From Ranitomeya imitator (Eukaryota), in assembly GCF_032444005.1 (NCBI RefSeq), contig NC_091285.1, forward strand, positions 15,314,001 through 15,378,000: a stretch of DNA of 64,000 nucleotides, written 5' to 3'. A program made the position numbers and the translations under genes. Shown in pieces: positions 19,601 through 30,961 of the stretch. Positions within the stretch are counted from its first letter, which is position 1; every line of letters starts with the position of its first letter. Under the pieces are notes generated by a model. The model did not search any database, had not been told where the DNA came from, and was given only the letters and a program-made list of their open reading frames with translations.

Positions 19601-21046
19601 GAGACCTTCTGAACTCCGAATAGGCACTTAGATCCCTTCACAAACAAAGCATTATCACGAAGGATCTGGAACACCATCCTGACCTGCTTCACATGAGACT
19701 CCCAATCATCGGAAAAAATCAAAATATCATCCAAATATACGACCATGAATTTATCAAGATAATTGCGGAAAATATCATGCATGAAAGACTGGAACACAGA
19801 TGGAGCATTAGAGAGCCCAAATGGCATCATTCAAAATGGCCTTCGGGCGTATTAAAGGCCATTGAGGGTCACCACGCAGCAAGGATATGATGATTTTTAC
19901 TTGCTGAATGGGATCACCAGAAGAACGGGGTTTCAAAGCAAAAAACAATTTGCAGTTATTTTTAAAGTTCAAAAACTTGGATCTGTCCCCAAAAAACAAA
20001 TCAGGAGTAGGAATTCTAGGCTCTAAAGCCGGAGTCTGAACAACATAATCTTGGATATTCTGTACTCTTGCAGCAAGTTGATCCACACGAGAAAACAAAC
20101 CCTGAACATCCATGCCAGAGCATATATCCTGAACCACCCAGATATCAAGAGAAAAAAAAAGAGACAAACTAGAGCACAGAAAAAAAAATGGTTCAGAACT
20201 TTCTTTTCCTTCTTTTGAGCTGCATTTAATTCATTTTTGGCCACTTGTACTGTTATGATGCGGTGGTCTAGGAGCAACATGGAACGAGCTCTGAAGGAAG
20301 TGGTAACTGTACTGACCGCAGTCCCTAAGCTCAACACAACACTAGAAGCAGCCGTGGAATGCTCCTAACTCTCCCTATGCATCTCATCACAGCCTAAGAG
20401 CTAACTACCCCTAAAGACAGAAGCAGGAAAACTATCTTGCCTCAGAGAAAATCCCCAAAGGATAGATTAGCCCCCCACAAATAATGGCTGTGAGTGGAGA
20501 GGGAAAAGACAGACACAGAATGAAACCAGGATGAGCACAGGAGGCCAGTCTAGCTTGATAGATAGGACAGGATGGAATACTGTGCGGCCAGTATAAAACA
20601 CTACAAAAATCCACGCAGAGTTTACAAAAAATCTCCACACCTGACTAAAGGTGTGGAGGGTAAATCTGCTTCCCAGAGCTTCCAGCAAGACAGAATTAAT
20701 TCATACTGATAAGCTGGACAAACATAGAAAGCACTGAACGGATAAGTCCACAATCTGTGAACAGAACAGAGCAAGTAAGAACTTAGCTTTGCTGAACTGG
20801 TCAGGAAAACAGGGAAATCCAAAGAGATGTGAATCCAACCAGAAACCATTTACAAGTGGCACTAGCTGAAGGAACAGCCAGACCTAAATAGCCGAGCAGA
20901 AGAGAAGATAAGTGGAGGCAGCTGATGACAGCTAACTCCAAGGAGCAGCCATACCACTTGAAACCACAAGAGGGAGCCCAAGAGCAGAACTCACAAAAGT
21001 GCCACTTACAACCACCGGAGGGAGCCCAAGAGCGGAATTCACAACA
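16667..21046 (-). mobile_element. Internally deleted chromodomain Ty3/Gypsy LTR retrotransposon
   Basis: LTRs 20251-21046 (5') and 16667-17457 (3'), TSD CTCATG at 16661-16666 and 21047-21052. The gag start (20167-19870) is fused to mid-RT. RT/RNase H 19830-18844 ends at a TGA lesion, and integrase plus chromodomain continue in the same frame from 18840. Confidence 0.96.
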
Positions 21047-21989
21047 CTCATGGTCGAGGTCTACACTTCCCTCCTTTCTCACAGTAATCCTCTCTCCAAC
21101 TGCTCGACTTGACTCTTTACCTTCCGGCCATTACTCTCCTAGTCATGTGAAAATGCACAGGACAGGACACATGCTCACTTCACACATATGCCAGTTTTAC
21201 CTTTCTCAGCAAAATGACTTACTGACATCAGGTAGAAGATCCCTTTCCCACCGGTTAAGCATCCTCTCAGAAGTTCTGTAGTACGCCTTGACTCGATGAA
21301 TGACTCTTCTGTGGTCTATGTCTCTTCTCTGAAGGCAGTCTCTAATGGAAACAGGTGTGGATCCTGTCTCCCTAACTCTCAGGTCCTCTGCTTCCAGATC
21401 AGGAGCTCTCTGGAATATCTTGATCACTACTCATGGACACTCCTGTAGCCAATAGTCCATATGCAAACTTGTTCCTTCTATTTCTGCATCTTAAGATAGG
21501 TGGTGACACAACCTTCATTATGGTGATCGCAGGACAGTATTCTGGGACATACACGCAGGGAGCTCGTGGAACATTGTTCTCTCGTTAGTTCCCTGCTTTG
21601 AACCTTGGGAAGAGCCACACACTATTTTAACCGCAACTACCATTGTTTCCAGTTGCCAGTTATAGGTGATACTTGATTTATTTCCCTAAAGGATGTTAGT
21701 GTTGTTTCTCCTCTCGACTCACTTGACCCAGCCATAGTTTTTGTAATCTGTCTTTTTAAGTGGTTGCGTGAACGCAGAGAGGAATGTACCAAAGACTCTT
21801 CCACCTAACACTCATGTGCTTACTACAACACTTACTGAGAAACTCATGTAGATTGGGGTGACTCAGTTACATCAACAAAGCGTCAAATATGGATAAATAT
21901 GGAGAGTTTGCACATTCGATATGTGCCTGCCCTAAACAACAGCTGCCAGAGAAGTGCCAGTGACTAGGTGGGTCTGTAGACGCCCACCT

Positions 21990-24230
21990 AGGTGGACAAC
22001 TATTTCCCAATGATTCTGCTAAATTATTTCTCCCTGTTCAATTATCTGTATTGACTATCTGGAACTTAATAAAACCACTGTAAAGAATCAGTATCCTCTG
22101 CCACTCATCCTTGATCTCTACAACCAGCTGTTCGGAGCCCGTTGGTTCACCAAGCTTGATTTCAGGGGGCTGTATAACCTTATTCATATCAAGGAAGGGG
22201 ATGAGTGGAAGACAGCATATAATAATTCCGAGGGTCACCATCACTATCTTGTGATATCTTTTGAGCTAAGAACTTCCACAGCTGGTTTTCAAAATAGTGT
22301 TAATGTTCAGAGACGTAAGTGGTCAATATGTGATTATCTATCTGGACAACATCTAGGTTTATTCACTTGATGAGTCACACATCAGATGTGAACGTATTGT
22401 ATTTCACAGACACAGTGTCAATTGCTTATTTCCTAAACTTAAAAATATACTAAACTTGAAAAATGTATTTTACTGGTTGAAGACGTAAACTTCTTGGGGT
22501 ATATCTCGTCCACCAAAAGTTTTCGAATGGATCTCTTTTAGGTCCAAGCTCTTAAGGATTGGGTGTGCAACTCAAATCTTTGAAAGCTTTGCAGATCTAA
22601 AAAATTCAAGAATTATCTCTTAAGAATACTCCTACCCAAAATGATTTGTTCCCAGTTTTGTCGGTTGGTTGTCAGGAATCACATCATTCAGTACTCGCAG
22701 GTCATCTTGAGATAACAATACCACCTGACTGGTATCTAGGAAGGAAGTGTTATTCGCTTTGGTTCCTTTTTGGCCTCTGAAATGGGTGCTCCAGGGTTCA
22801 AAAAACTGTGAATAGGTTGAAGATTATCTGGTCACAGGTCCAGACCTAGAGAGGGCATAAGGTAGAAAGGCTTCTGATGCTAATTAGAGGCAGATCATTG
22901 GGTCAAGCTTTGGTATTAGGGACCAGGTGTGGTTTTCACTAAAAATGTCAAACTCAAGGTCTCTTCTGTTATGCCAAGTTTATTGGTTCTTATAAAGTAA
23001 CTATGGGTATTAATACAGTAGCTTTCCCTTTAGAACTTCCACCTTCCTCACAGAAACCCAATGTGCTCCACAAATCCATCACCAGCTTAACCTGTCATAA
23101 TTCCTCCTCCTACTATGTTGGTTAGAGGTAGTCTGGAATGTGAAGTACAAAATATCCATAATTCCCAGGTGGTGAGAAGGTTCCTACAATATTTTGTATG
23201 CTTGAAAGCTTATGGTCCAGAGCAAATGAGTTTTAGCTAGTAACATCATTGTCATCAATGTGATCAGGAGTTTTCAGAAGACATTTCCTGATAAGCCAGG
23301 TCCTAACGGTGCAGATTCCCCTCTTAAAAGAGGTTGTATAATTATATTCTTATATGAAGTCATTCCCATTACTTCTACACATGTCAATAGACAAAGCCAA
23401 ACCTCCATTCTGGATTACACGTTGCAACACTGTAGAAGGTCTATTTAGCATTCGGGAATTGTGGTGCCCTCTAGGCAGGGATCTTGTGTTTTAATTCCTG
23501 ATCATTGCCTCATTAGCTGCCTGCTGTGAGCCTTGTGCAGGGCTACAAACTCTTTAAACTCATAACAACCACAGACGCAATGACTACTGGGCAGGTGCTG
23601 AGACCGAACCCAGTACTTGAAGCCTAATGGTTCCAAAGGTCCCTATGGCCCACATGAGAAGACAAGTGGGGGCGCTGTTATAGATTTTCTATTGGGGATC
23701 ACAAGCTTCAAATTACACCACTAGCAGTCCTATTTGCAGTTGCCAGTTATAGTTTAAACTTGTTCTGGTTCTCTCCTGTTGCACTGCTCTGACTTAATCG
23801 ACTTAGTCCGTGCTTGACCTCTGCTTGTGTCTAGACTACCCAACTGCCTTAAGATTTTGTTCCTTATCCTGAACTCTACTACTTTCACTTATTCTGTATA
23901 TTTTGTTCTGGATCTCGGCTTCAGTTTAAACTTCCCTACTGCTTTATGGTTGTGTTCGTGATTCAGACCTCCTTGAACTGACCTGACATTCTGACAATCC
24001 TCTGCTAGCCCACTCCACTGAACAGCAGCCACTCTGTGGATGGATGCAACCCTGAGAGTCTTGTGTAAGTCCAGATCCTGAATAGAAGTTTAATGGTGAA
24101 TGCCAGAGTTCCCATTGGACCATCTAGACCCAGTAGCTTGTGCAAAGCCTATTTGTGGAAACACATTTAAGAGATGTCAGCCTTCTATTAACAGTGTTCT
24201 GTTACAGCTTCTTAGTGACTTTTGTTCTAA
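21990..24230 (+). mobile_element. Heavily degraded Gypsy element (RT, integrase/chromo remnants, probable 3' LTR)
   Basis: The + strand near 22040-22250 reads IDYLELNKTTVKNQYPLPLI..ARWFTKLDFRGLYNLIHIKEGDEWKTA. There are further decayed pol-like stretches, a PPT-like site near 23320 and LTR-like sequence after it. Boundaries are approximate. Confidence 0.7.
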
Positions 24231-25267
24231 GCGAGTTCCCTCACCTCACCAGGGTCACCCTAGAAAAATATGTGCACTTTGGGTATATTTCCATACTACA
24301 AAATATGTCTTCATCTGATAGCTATGTATTATGACTTCTGCTTGTCATCCTCCAGTAGCTGCACCGCAGCAGTGATCCAGCACTCCCTTTTAGCGCCAGG
24401 TATCTTAGGTTTCTTTCGTGCCCCCCACCTCGAAGCCCTACAACTTGATATAGTTTTACTCTTTTAACAGGTAAAACATAGATATAATGTGAAAAACACA
24501 CAAAACCTAAGCTAGAAACAAAATGGACATATATCCTGTGTAATGATGCTGCTTTAACGTCAGTACAGTAATGAGGCACTGACCCAAGAAAGTTCAACAT
24601 AAACATCTTTATTTTCCAACTTACAAAATAAATTCAAACATTTATTTTCCGGTTTGCAACCAAAATGTCCGTATCCAGTCTATTGCCGTGGGCGACTGCA
24701 CCACCATATAACTTGTGGGGGCGGTAATGGCTTTGCTCAAGTCTCTGGCTCTGGTCTGTGTTCAGTCTCACATAGCCAGGCATAAAAAGAACCTTCCTGC
24801 TTTGCTGCTTGAAAACAAACACTGACACATCCAACCCTTACCTGCAGGATTAAATGCGAATCGTGGCCATGGGTCACTTTCAAGACGTGGACTGGAGGGA
24901 GAGATCCATCCCACTACCTTCCTACAGATCTCTACAAAAATAAAAGCCCAAGACTAGGTTTCCTAAACTTGAATTGTCTCACACCTGCTATAAGAAGGTA
25001 AAAAAGCAATAGTGCACACAAATAACATAAGGTACTTAGTAGACACTGTTTGTCATTACAAAAAAAAGTAAAAGCCATCAAATCAGAGCCAAGGTGGACC
25101 CAGTCCGGACAGTCCGAACCTCTAGTATATAAACTTTATTTATTGTGTCACATTACAGAATTAGAACAGCAAATAAAAAAAAACATGCAGTAAAGAAATA
25201 CATCTAGTGATGACCCTGCCCTAAAGCAGGAAGACATAACCAAACCGTATAACTTGGTAGAGTACCA

Positions 25268-25279
25268 AGTTTCACTTTT
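25268..25279 (+). promoter_or_regulatory. IRF-binding element/ISRE-like motif upstream of the TRIM ATG
   Basis: AGTTTCACTTTT (AAAAGTGAAACT on the minus strand) ends 14 nt before the ATG and matches the IRF-E core AAANNGAAA. Motif match only. Confidence 0.55.
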
Positions 25280-25293
25280 AAAAGCTGTCAGTC

Positions 25294-26919
25294 ATGGCGT
25301 CCGCTGATCTGAGAGAAGAGCTGGACTGCTCCATCTGTCTGAGCACTTATACAGATCCTGTAACCCTGAGATGTGGACACAACTTCTGCCGGGTCTGTAT
25401 TGATCGTGTGCTGGATACACATGACGGATCTGGAGTTTATAGCTGCCCTGAATGTAGAGAAGAGTTTCTGGAGCGGCCGACACTGCAGAAGAATATAACT
25501 CTACATAATGTGTCAGAACATTTTCTGTCTACTCAGCCAAATCAGGAGGAGATCACCGGGATCTTCTGCACTTACTGTATTCACTCTCCTGTACCAGCTG
25601 TAAAATCCTGTCTGCTGTGTGAGGCTTCACTGTGTGATAACCACCTGAGAGTTCACAGTAAGGCAGCAGAACACGTCCTCACTGATCCCAGCACTTCCCC
25701 GGAGAACTGGAAATGTTCTGTCCATAAGGAAATTTTAAAGTACTATTGTACTAAGGACGCTGTCTGTATCTGCGTGTCCTGCAGTTTGCTCGGAGAACAT
25801 CGGGGACACCGGGTGGAGATGCTGGAGGAGGCCTCTCAGAAGAAGAAGAAGAAACTGAGAAATTTTCTCCAGACACTGACCACAGAGAGGAAGGAGACTA
25901 AGAAGAAAGTTCAGCGTCTGGAGGAACGCAAGAGAAAAACTGAATTAAAAGCAGCTCAAGATGCAGAGAAAGTCATTGCCCTGTTTATAGACATCCGGAG
26001 ACGGGTGGACGACCTGGAGAAGAAGGTCCTGAGTGAGATCTCCAGGCGGGAAGAGCAGGTGTCGCTGTCACTGTCTGAGGTGATCCAGAAGCTGGAAATA
26101 AAGAAGGACGAGCTGTCCAGGAAGATGAGACACATTGAGGAGCTGTGTAACATGACGGATCCACTGACTGTCTTACAGGAACCCGACACCGGTGACTTGT
26201 GTGATCCTGAGGAGGAGGGAGGTGATGAGGACTCAGGAGGACATGATGGAGCTGATGGGGCCACAGGAGGACATGATGGAGGTGATGAGGACTCAGGAGG
26301 ACATGATGGAGGTGATCGGGGTGCGGAGCTGATCTCACACATATCACACACATTATCTGCTATAATAAGAGGTATCACCTTCTATGTGGAGGATCCTGCA
26401 GACATATTACTGGATGTAAACACGGGTGATAATAATCTCCTTATCTCAGATGACCTGAAAACTGCGACCTGGACAAATATATGGCAAAAACGTCCAGAAA
26501 CTACAGCGATATTTCAGGATTGTCCTCAGGTGATGAGCAAGAGGGGATTTACCTCAGGACGACATTACTGGGATGTGGAGATCAGTAGATCAGGATTGTG
26601 GAGGGTGGGGATGTGTTACCCCAGTATAGACAGGAGGGGGCGTCAGTCATACATTGGAGATAATAACAAGTCCTGGAGTTTATTTGGAGGGCGGCGGGTG
26701 TATAATAATCAGTATTCAGTGATACATGACGTTAATAAGATCTCATTACATCACCAGATTTCTGGCCATCGAGTCAGGATATGTCTGGATTATGAGGCCG
26801 GGCAGTTGTCCTTTTATGAGCTGTGTGACCCCATCAGACACTTACACACCTTCACTGCCGCCTTCTCCGAGCCCCTTCATGCTGTGTTATGTGTTTATAA
26901 AGGTTTTATAAGCATATGA
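25294..26919 (+). CDS. Intronless TRIM E3 ubiquitin ligase (RING-Bbox1-Bbox2-coiled coil-PRY/SPRY), TRIM25/TRIM39-like, 541 aa
   Basis: Single ORF with good Kozak context (gtcATGG). It has a C3HC4 RING (CSIC..CGHNFC..C..CPEC), two B-boxes, a K/E-rich coiled coil and a B30.2 domain (LLDVNT, GRHYWDVEI, WRVG, RICLDYEAGQLSFY). Candidate ATTAAA at 27277-27282. Confidence 0.93.
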   Translation: MASADLREELDCSICLSTYTDPVTLRCGHNFCRVCIDRVLDTHDGSGVYSCPECREEFLERPTLQKNITLHNVSEHFLSTQPNQEEITGIFCTYCIHSPVPAVKSCLLCEASLCDNHLRVHSKAAEHVLTDPSTSPENWKCSVHKEILKYYCTKDAVCICVSCSLLGEHRGHRVEMLEEASQKKKKKLRNFLQTLTTERKETKKKVQRLEERKRKTELKAAQDAEKVIALFIDIRRRVDDLEKKVLSEISRREEQVSLSLSEVIQKLEIKKDELSRKMRHIEELCNMTDPLTVLQEPDTGDLCDPEEEGGDEDSGGHDGADGATGGHDGGDEDSGGHDGGDRGAELISHISHTLSAIIRGITFYVEDPADILLDVNTGDNNLLISDDLKTATWTNIWQKRPETTAIFQDCPQVMSKRGFTSGRHYWDVEISRSGLWRVGMCYPSIDRRGRQSYIGDNNKSWSLFGGRRVYNNQYSVIHDVNKISLHHQISGHRVRICLDYEAGQLSFYELCDPIRHLHTFTAAFSEPLHAVLCVYKGFISI

Positions 26920-27319
26920 GGAGAGAAATGATGTGAGGAACCATTTTGATAACAGAAATCTACCCAGAGACTGGTGGCATCACAGGAAGTAGATAGAGTC
27001 TGATTAGTGGACCATTCTGACCATGAACTACAGCAGCTGGAGAAGGTCTAGATTTTATACAGGGGTCTTTTTCTTTTCTTCTTTTGCTTTTTTATTCTCT
27101 AGCCATTCTTATCAAGTATCAAGTACGGATACTCACCCACTGAGAGATCTAACAAAGTGCAATTGTCTGTAATCATTAGTTCGTCCTGAGTAATATTGTT
27201 TCTGTAATGTATTTTCTCTCTATAAAAATGCTGATTTTAACTAGTTATGTTATGATGTAATTTTAATTGATTGCTTATTAAACATTCTTTGTTAGACAGC
27301 TACATGTCTTTTTTTTTTA

Positions 27320-27720
27320 ACGGCCTTCTGCTAGATCTCGAGCCTTGGTGACAAATGATCTGTAGGAAGATCGATCTTGTGGAAGCCTAGATAGGTCCAC
27401 CACATTCTTCTCTGCCGTTATCTTGATAATATCAAGCCATCTGGTTGCTGTTCTTCCTCTTTGCTTAGTTCCTTCTATTCTTCAGACCATGTTGTCCTCC
27501 AGTGATTGCTCTCTTTGTATGCTGTGTCCTAAGTGCTCAAGCCGTAGCGTGGGGATCCTTGCTTCCAGTGACATGTCTGGCTTGATTTGTTCCGAAATTG
27601 ATCTTTTTGTTCTTCTTGTCATCCATGGTATTGATACCATCCTTCTCCATCACCACATTTTGAAGACATTGATTCTTCTTTTGTCTTGTTTCTTTACAAA
27701 CCCATATGTTACCACAGAAA
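27320..27720 (-). mobile_element. RTE-clade (BovB-like) LINE 3' fragment
   Basis: The minus strand reads RRINVFKMW*WRRMVSIPWMTRRTKRSISEQIKPDMSLEARI, which resembles the RTE RT C-terminus. Contains a stop. Confidence 0.7.
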
Positions 27721-28099
27721 AGACCAAACTATGTATGACCAAACTCTCTACCAGCTACATGTCTACCTGGTTCCTAAACAAGTACGTAGACGAAACAAGA
27801 CAACTTGGAAATAACACAAAAGGACAACACAAATCCAATATCAGTACAAAAAAACTGAACTACCCTTTATTTTTTTTTCAGTGCTGAGGTCTCTCATCTA
27901 CATAAAGTTAGGACCTTGGTCCTTTTCTCAAGCATGTACACTTCCAGAACAGTGTTTTGGGATTTTCCTTGAAAAATTTCCTTGAAAAGAGACATAATAT
28001 TATTCAACTGAGGTTCTAGCTCATTGATCTTGTACCACTTTGGGGCGGTGACCGGGTCTTGGGATTATAATAAAAAACAACAATAAAAATAAATTGTGG

Positions 28100-29560
28100 A
28101 TTCACAAATTAGACTAATTTTAATTTTTCTCTACCAGTATTATCGATGTGGATGATGTAACTCCATATGTTATAGTTAAGTCATTAGAATTTTAGACGGG
28201 TCGTATCTAACTCTGAAACGCGTTTGAGACACAAACCTCACCAATAATACTCAAATCTGTGTTGTTTTACATTTGTGGTACTGTATACACTCGTATTTCT
28301 CTATTCCAGGTATATACAGACACTTTTTCACCTCCGTGCTCCACAGTTCTATACTTAAACACCTGATATCCACACACTTTAGCATTTGATAGCCTCATCA
28401 AGCATTTGCCCTCAAGATGATATTCGTATTAGACCTAGCCACTTATAACAAGAGTAATAATGGCTAATGGGATCCCTCTGTTCTTTTTTTTTTTCTTTTC
28501 TTTATTTTCGAACCCCTCTACTTTTTACACTTTTTTCTTTTTTTAATCCTTTCCTCCCTCTCACTCATACCCCTTTTTCCTTACAGTTTTCTCCTTTTCT
28601 TTTTCTCCCCGTTCGCTCCCATTTTCTCCTATTTTCCCTCCGCTATTTTTCCTTATTCTTGATTTTCCTTTTTTTTTCCTTTTAGTTCCAATTCCCCTTT
28701 CTCTCTATTATATCCCTTATTCTTTTGTTCCCCTCTTTTCCTTTTTTTCTTTCTCCTATATTGTTCTCCTTTTTGTTTTCCTTGTCTTATGCTTCGTATC
28801 CCCCTATTTCTCATGTCGCTTCACCTCCCTTACTAATACCTTCCGATACTGATGATGAATTCCCTTTAGGAATACACATAAAACATTACTAAACCTCCAT
28901 GATAGATGGTACTGGTATCCTGGCATCTGGATTTGCCGACATCACTCAGGAGGAAGCGTTTATTCTATGACTGTGGGCATGGCGTAGCACCAACATGGAC
29001 TACGTGACTCCTCCGGTCGCATGATCAGACCCACCGTAACAAAATGGGGTCTGTGCCCCTGACGTGGGTCGCATGACCTGTGTGTTCACATGGATCACGT
29101 GACGTTTGGGGCATGGAGCAAAGTGGTGGACAATCATTGGCCTCCTCACTCACTGTCGGGGCACAGTCAGACGGCCTTACAACACGGACGACAATCATAT
29201 CGCAATGCTCGGACTGGCCGATGGCTCTCGTGAACCCAACCTTGATAGCTGCATAGAAACACATTTGATATTAATTTATCGATGTTTTGACCCCTGTTTC
29301 TGTTCTGTTTTAATTTTTGTATATGGAGGTTGGACCAATGGGAAGCGTTATGAGTAATGGTCCCTTGTTTTTCCATTATATATAGCACTATGTTTCCATG
29401 TATGTACACCTTTTACTATATTTGACTTGAAAAAGGTCCTACGTGGCCGAAACGTTGCTTGTATTTTTTACCTTGTGCAGGTAGTAGCCAATAAAGAGAT
29501 TCCTTGGACGAGAACGTCTGGTGCCAACTTGGATCTTCTTTGATCATTAATGATCTGGCA
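28100..29560 (+). mobile_element. Penelope-like element remnants with a hammerhead-like motif
   Basis: GAAACGCGT motif near 28217 and TTGAAAA-A-GGTC-ctacgt-GGCC-GAAAC-GTT at 29427-29456, followed by AATAAA, which is the pseudo-LTR pattern. No intact ORF. Confidence 0.45.
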
Positions 29561-30961
29561 ACACTGTGGGGAGTTGCATCAAGACTGCGTGGACCATGAA
29601 GTGATACACGAGAGAAGACGTTTTTCCAAAGGCAGCAAAAAACGTCCTATCTGAATCTACTGCGTTCATGTAAATTTTCCTATATGACAATCTGGAAGTA
29701 TTAGGATATGTGCATGTGGTGTCACTTAGCCGCTAAGTTTTCCTACCTGAAAAAAGAGTTGTGTGCATATACCCTCCTTGTGCTCGAAAGGATATTTTTC
29801 TACTGTATTATTTCTATAATAAAAAGGGGATTACATGCGGCCATATGGGATAATTCCTGAGGATTCACCATTAAATGGGTTCTCCAATGGGTGGGGGGTT
29901 TGAGAGTCATGTGGAGTGCATTCCAGTTGAAGATTGCATGCATGATCAATGTTTTCAACAGCAAGTTCCTCCAGGTATCAGATGGCATGGGCATCATGCC
30001 CTATTTGTTTTGCTTGGCTCTCCCAGCATTTGCTTCTGGCACAAAATAAATGTCTTCATTCTATTATAATCTGCCATAGAGCTGTGCGTGAAAGCAGATT
30101 TGGCATGGAGGAGAATTGCAGTGGGGGAGCTGAAGACAGGGTAAGGGGTCATTAATGGGATTGGTCACTTTATCTTTATAATAACAAATGTGTCAAGAAC
30201 ATAATTTCTCGAAAAACAAGTAAAAATAATTAAGCTCTACTGATTCATAAGCAAACTAAATACACAAAACAAGTATATAAAATATAAAAGATTATGAAAG
30301 AATTAACAGACTTTACTCTGCTGATCTGGGAAGCATGCCAGTAGTATTGCACCACCCAAAAAATCTATAATTACTACAGCAAAAGCTCATGATCACATGT
30401 GGCTTTTTTAAGAATTATCTGTACCATCAAAATTAACTCTTACGCAGGTACAAAGTGTATTAAATGGAAAGCAACAACGAGTTGATTAAGCTAAAAGAAT
30501 AAAATGCAGATTCATAAAAACATCAGAATCTTGAATTAAGCTGAGGGGCACTGCTATGGGTACCTCACCAATGCCACAAAAGGTTCCCTTTTCACTCTTT
30601 TGGTAGCCTTATAATTAACTGAAATAGCAAAAATTTGAGTTAAAAAAATAATGAAGAGTATCTAAATGTACAAGCCTTTTTTATTTGAGGGGGTTGCAAA
30701 ATTTTGAAAAATGTTCAAACAAGGACCACTTCACTAATTGCATTGACTTGCAATCCATTAGCTATTTATCTTCTATAGCAATATGCCAAATACTTTTTAT
30801 ACATTCAACATTTCAAGCTTCAAGTCATATTCCAATTTGACACAACTGCAGTTGGAATTAATATAAAAAATCATAAAATTCCCCAAAGATTGGAATCCGC
30901 AGAGTAGAAAACAATGGTAGCAGGGTTTAAAGAATGGCTCCAGAGTGATTGTCCAATGCTT

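Noticed and set aside
17410-19623. + strand ORFs of 235 and 293 aa (also 47690-48493 on the minus strand)
   Set aside because: These are antisense shadows of Gypsy pol with no domain motifs.
21206-21427. 73-aa ORF containing WERDL (L1-like word)
   Set aside because: The surrounding residues do not match L1 ORF2, so there is too little support to call it.
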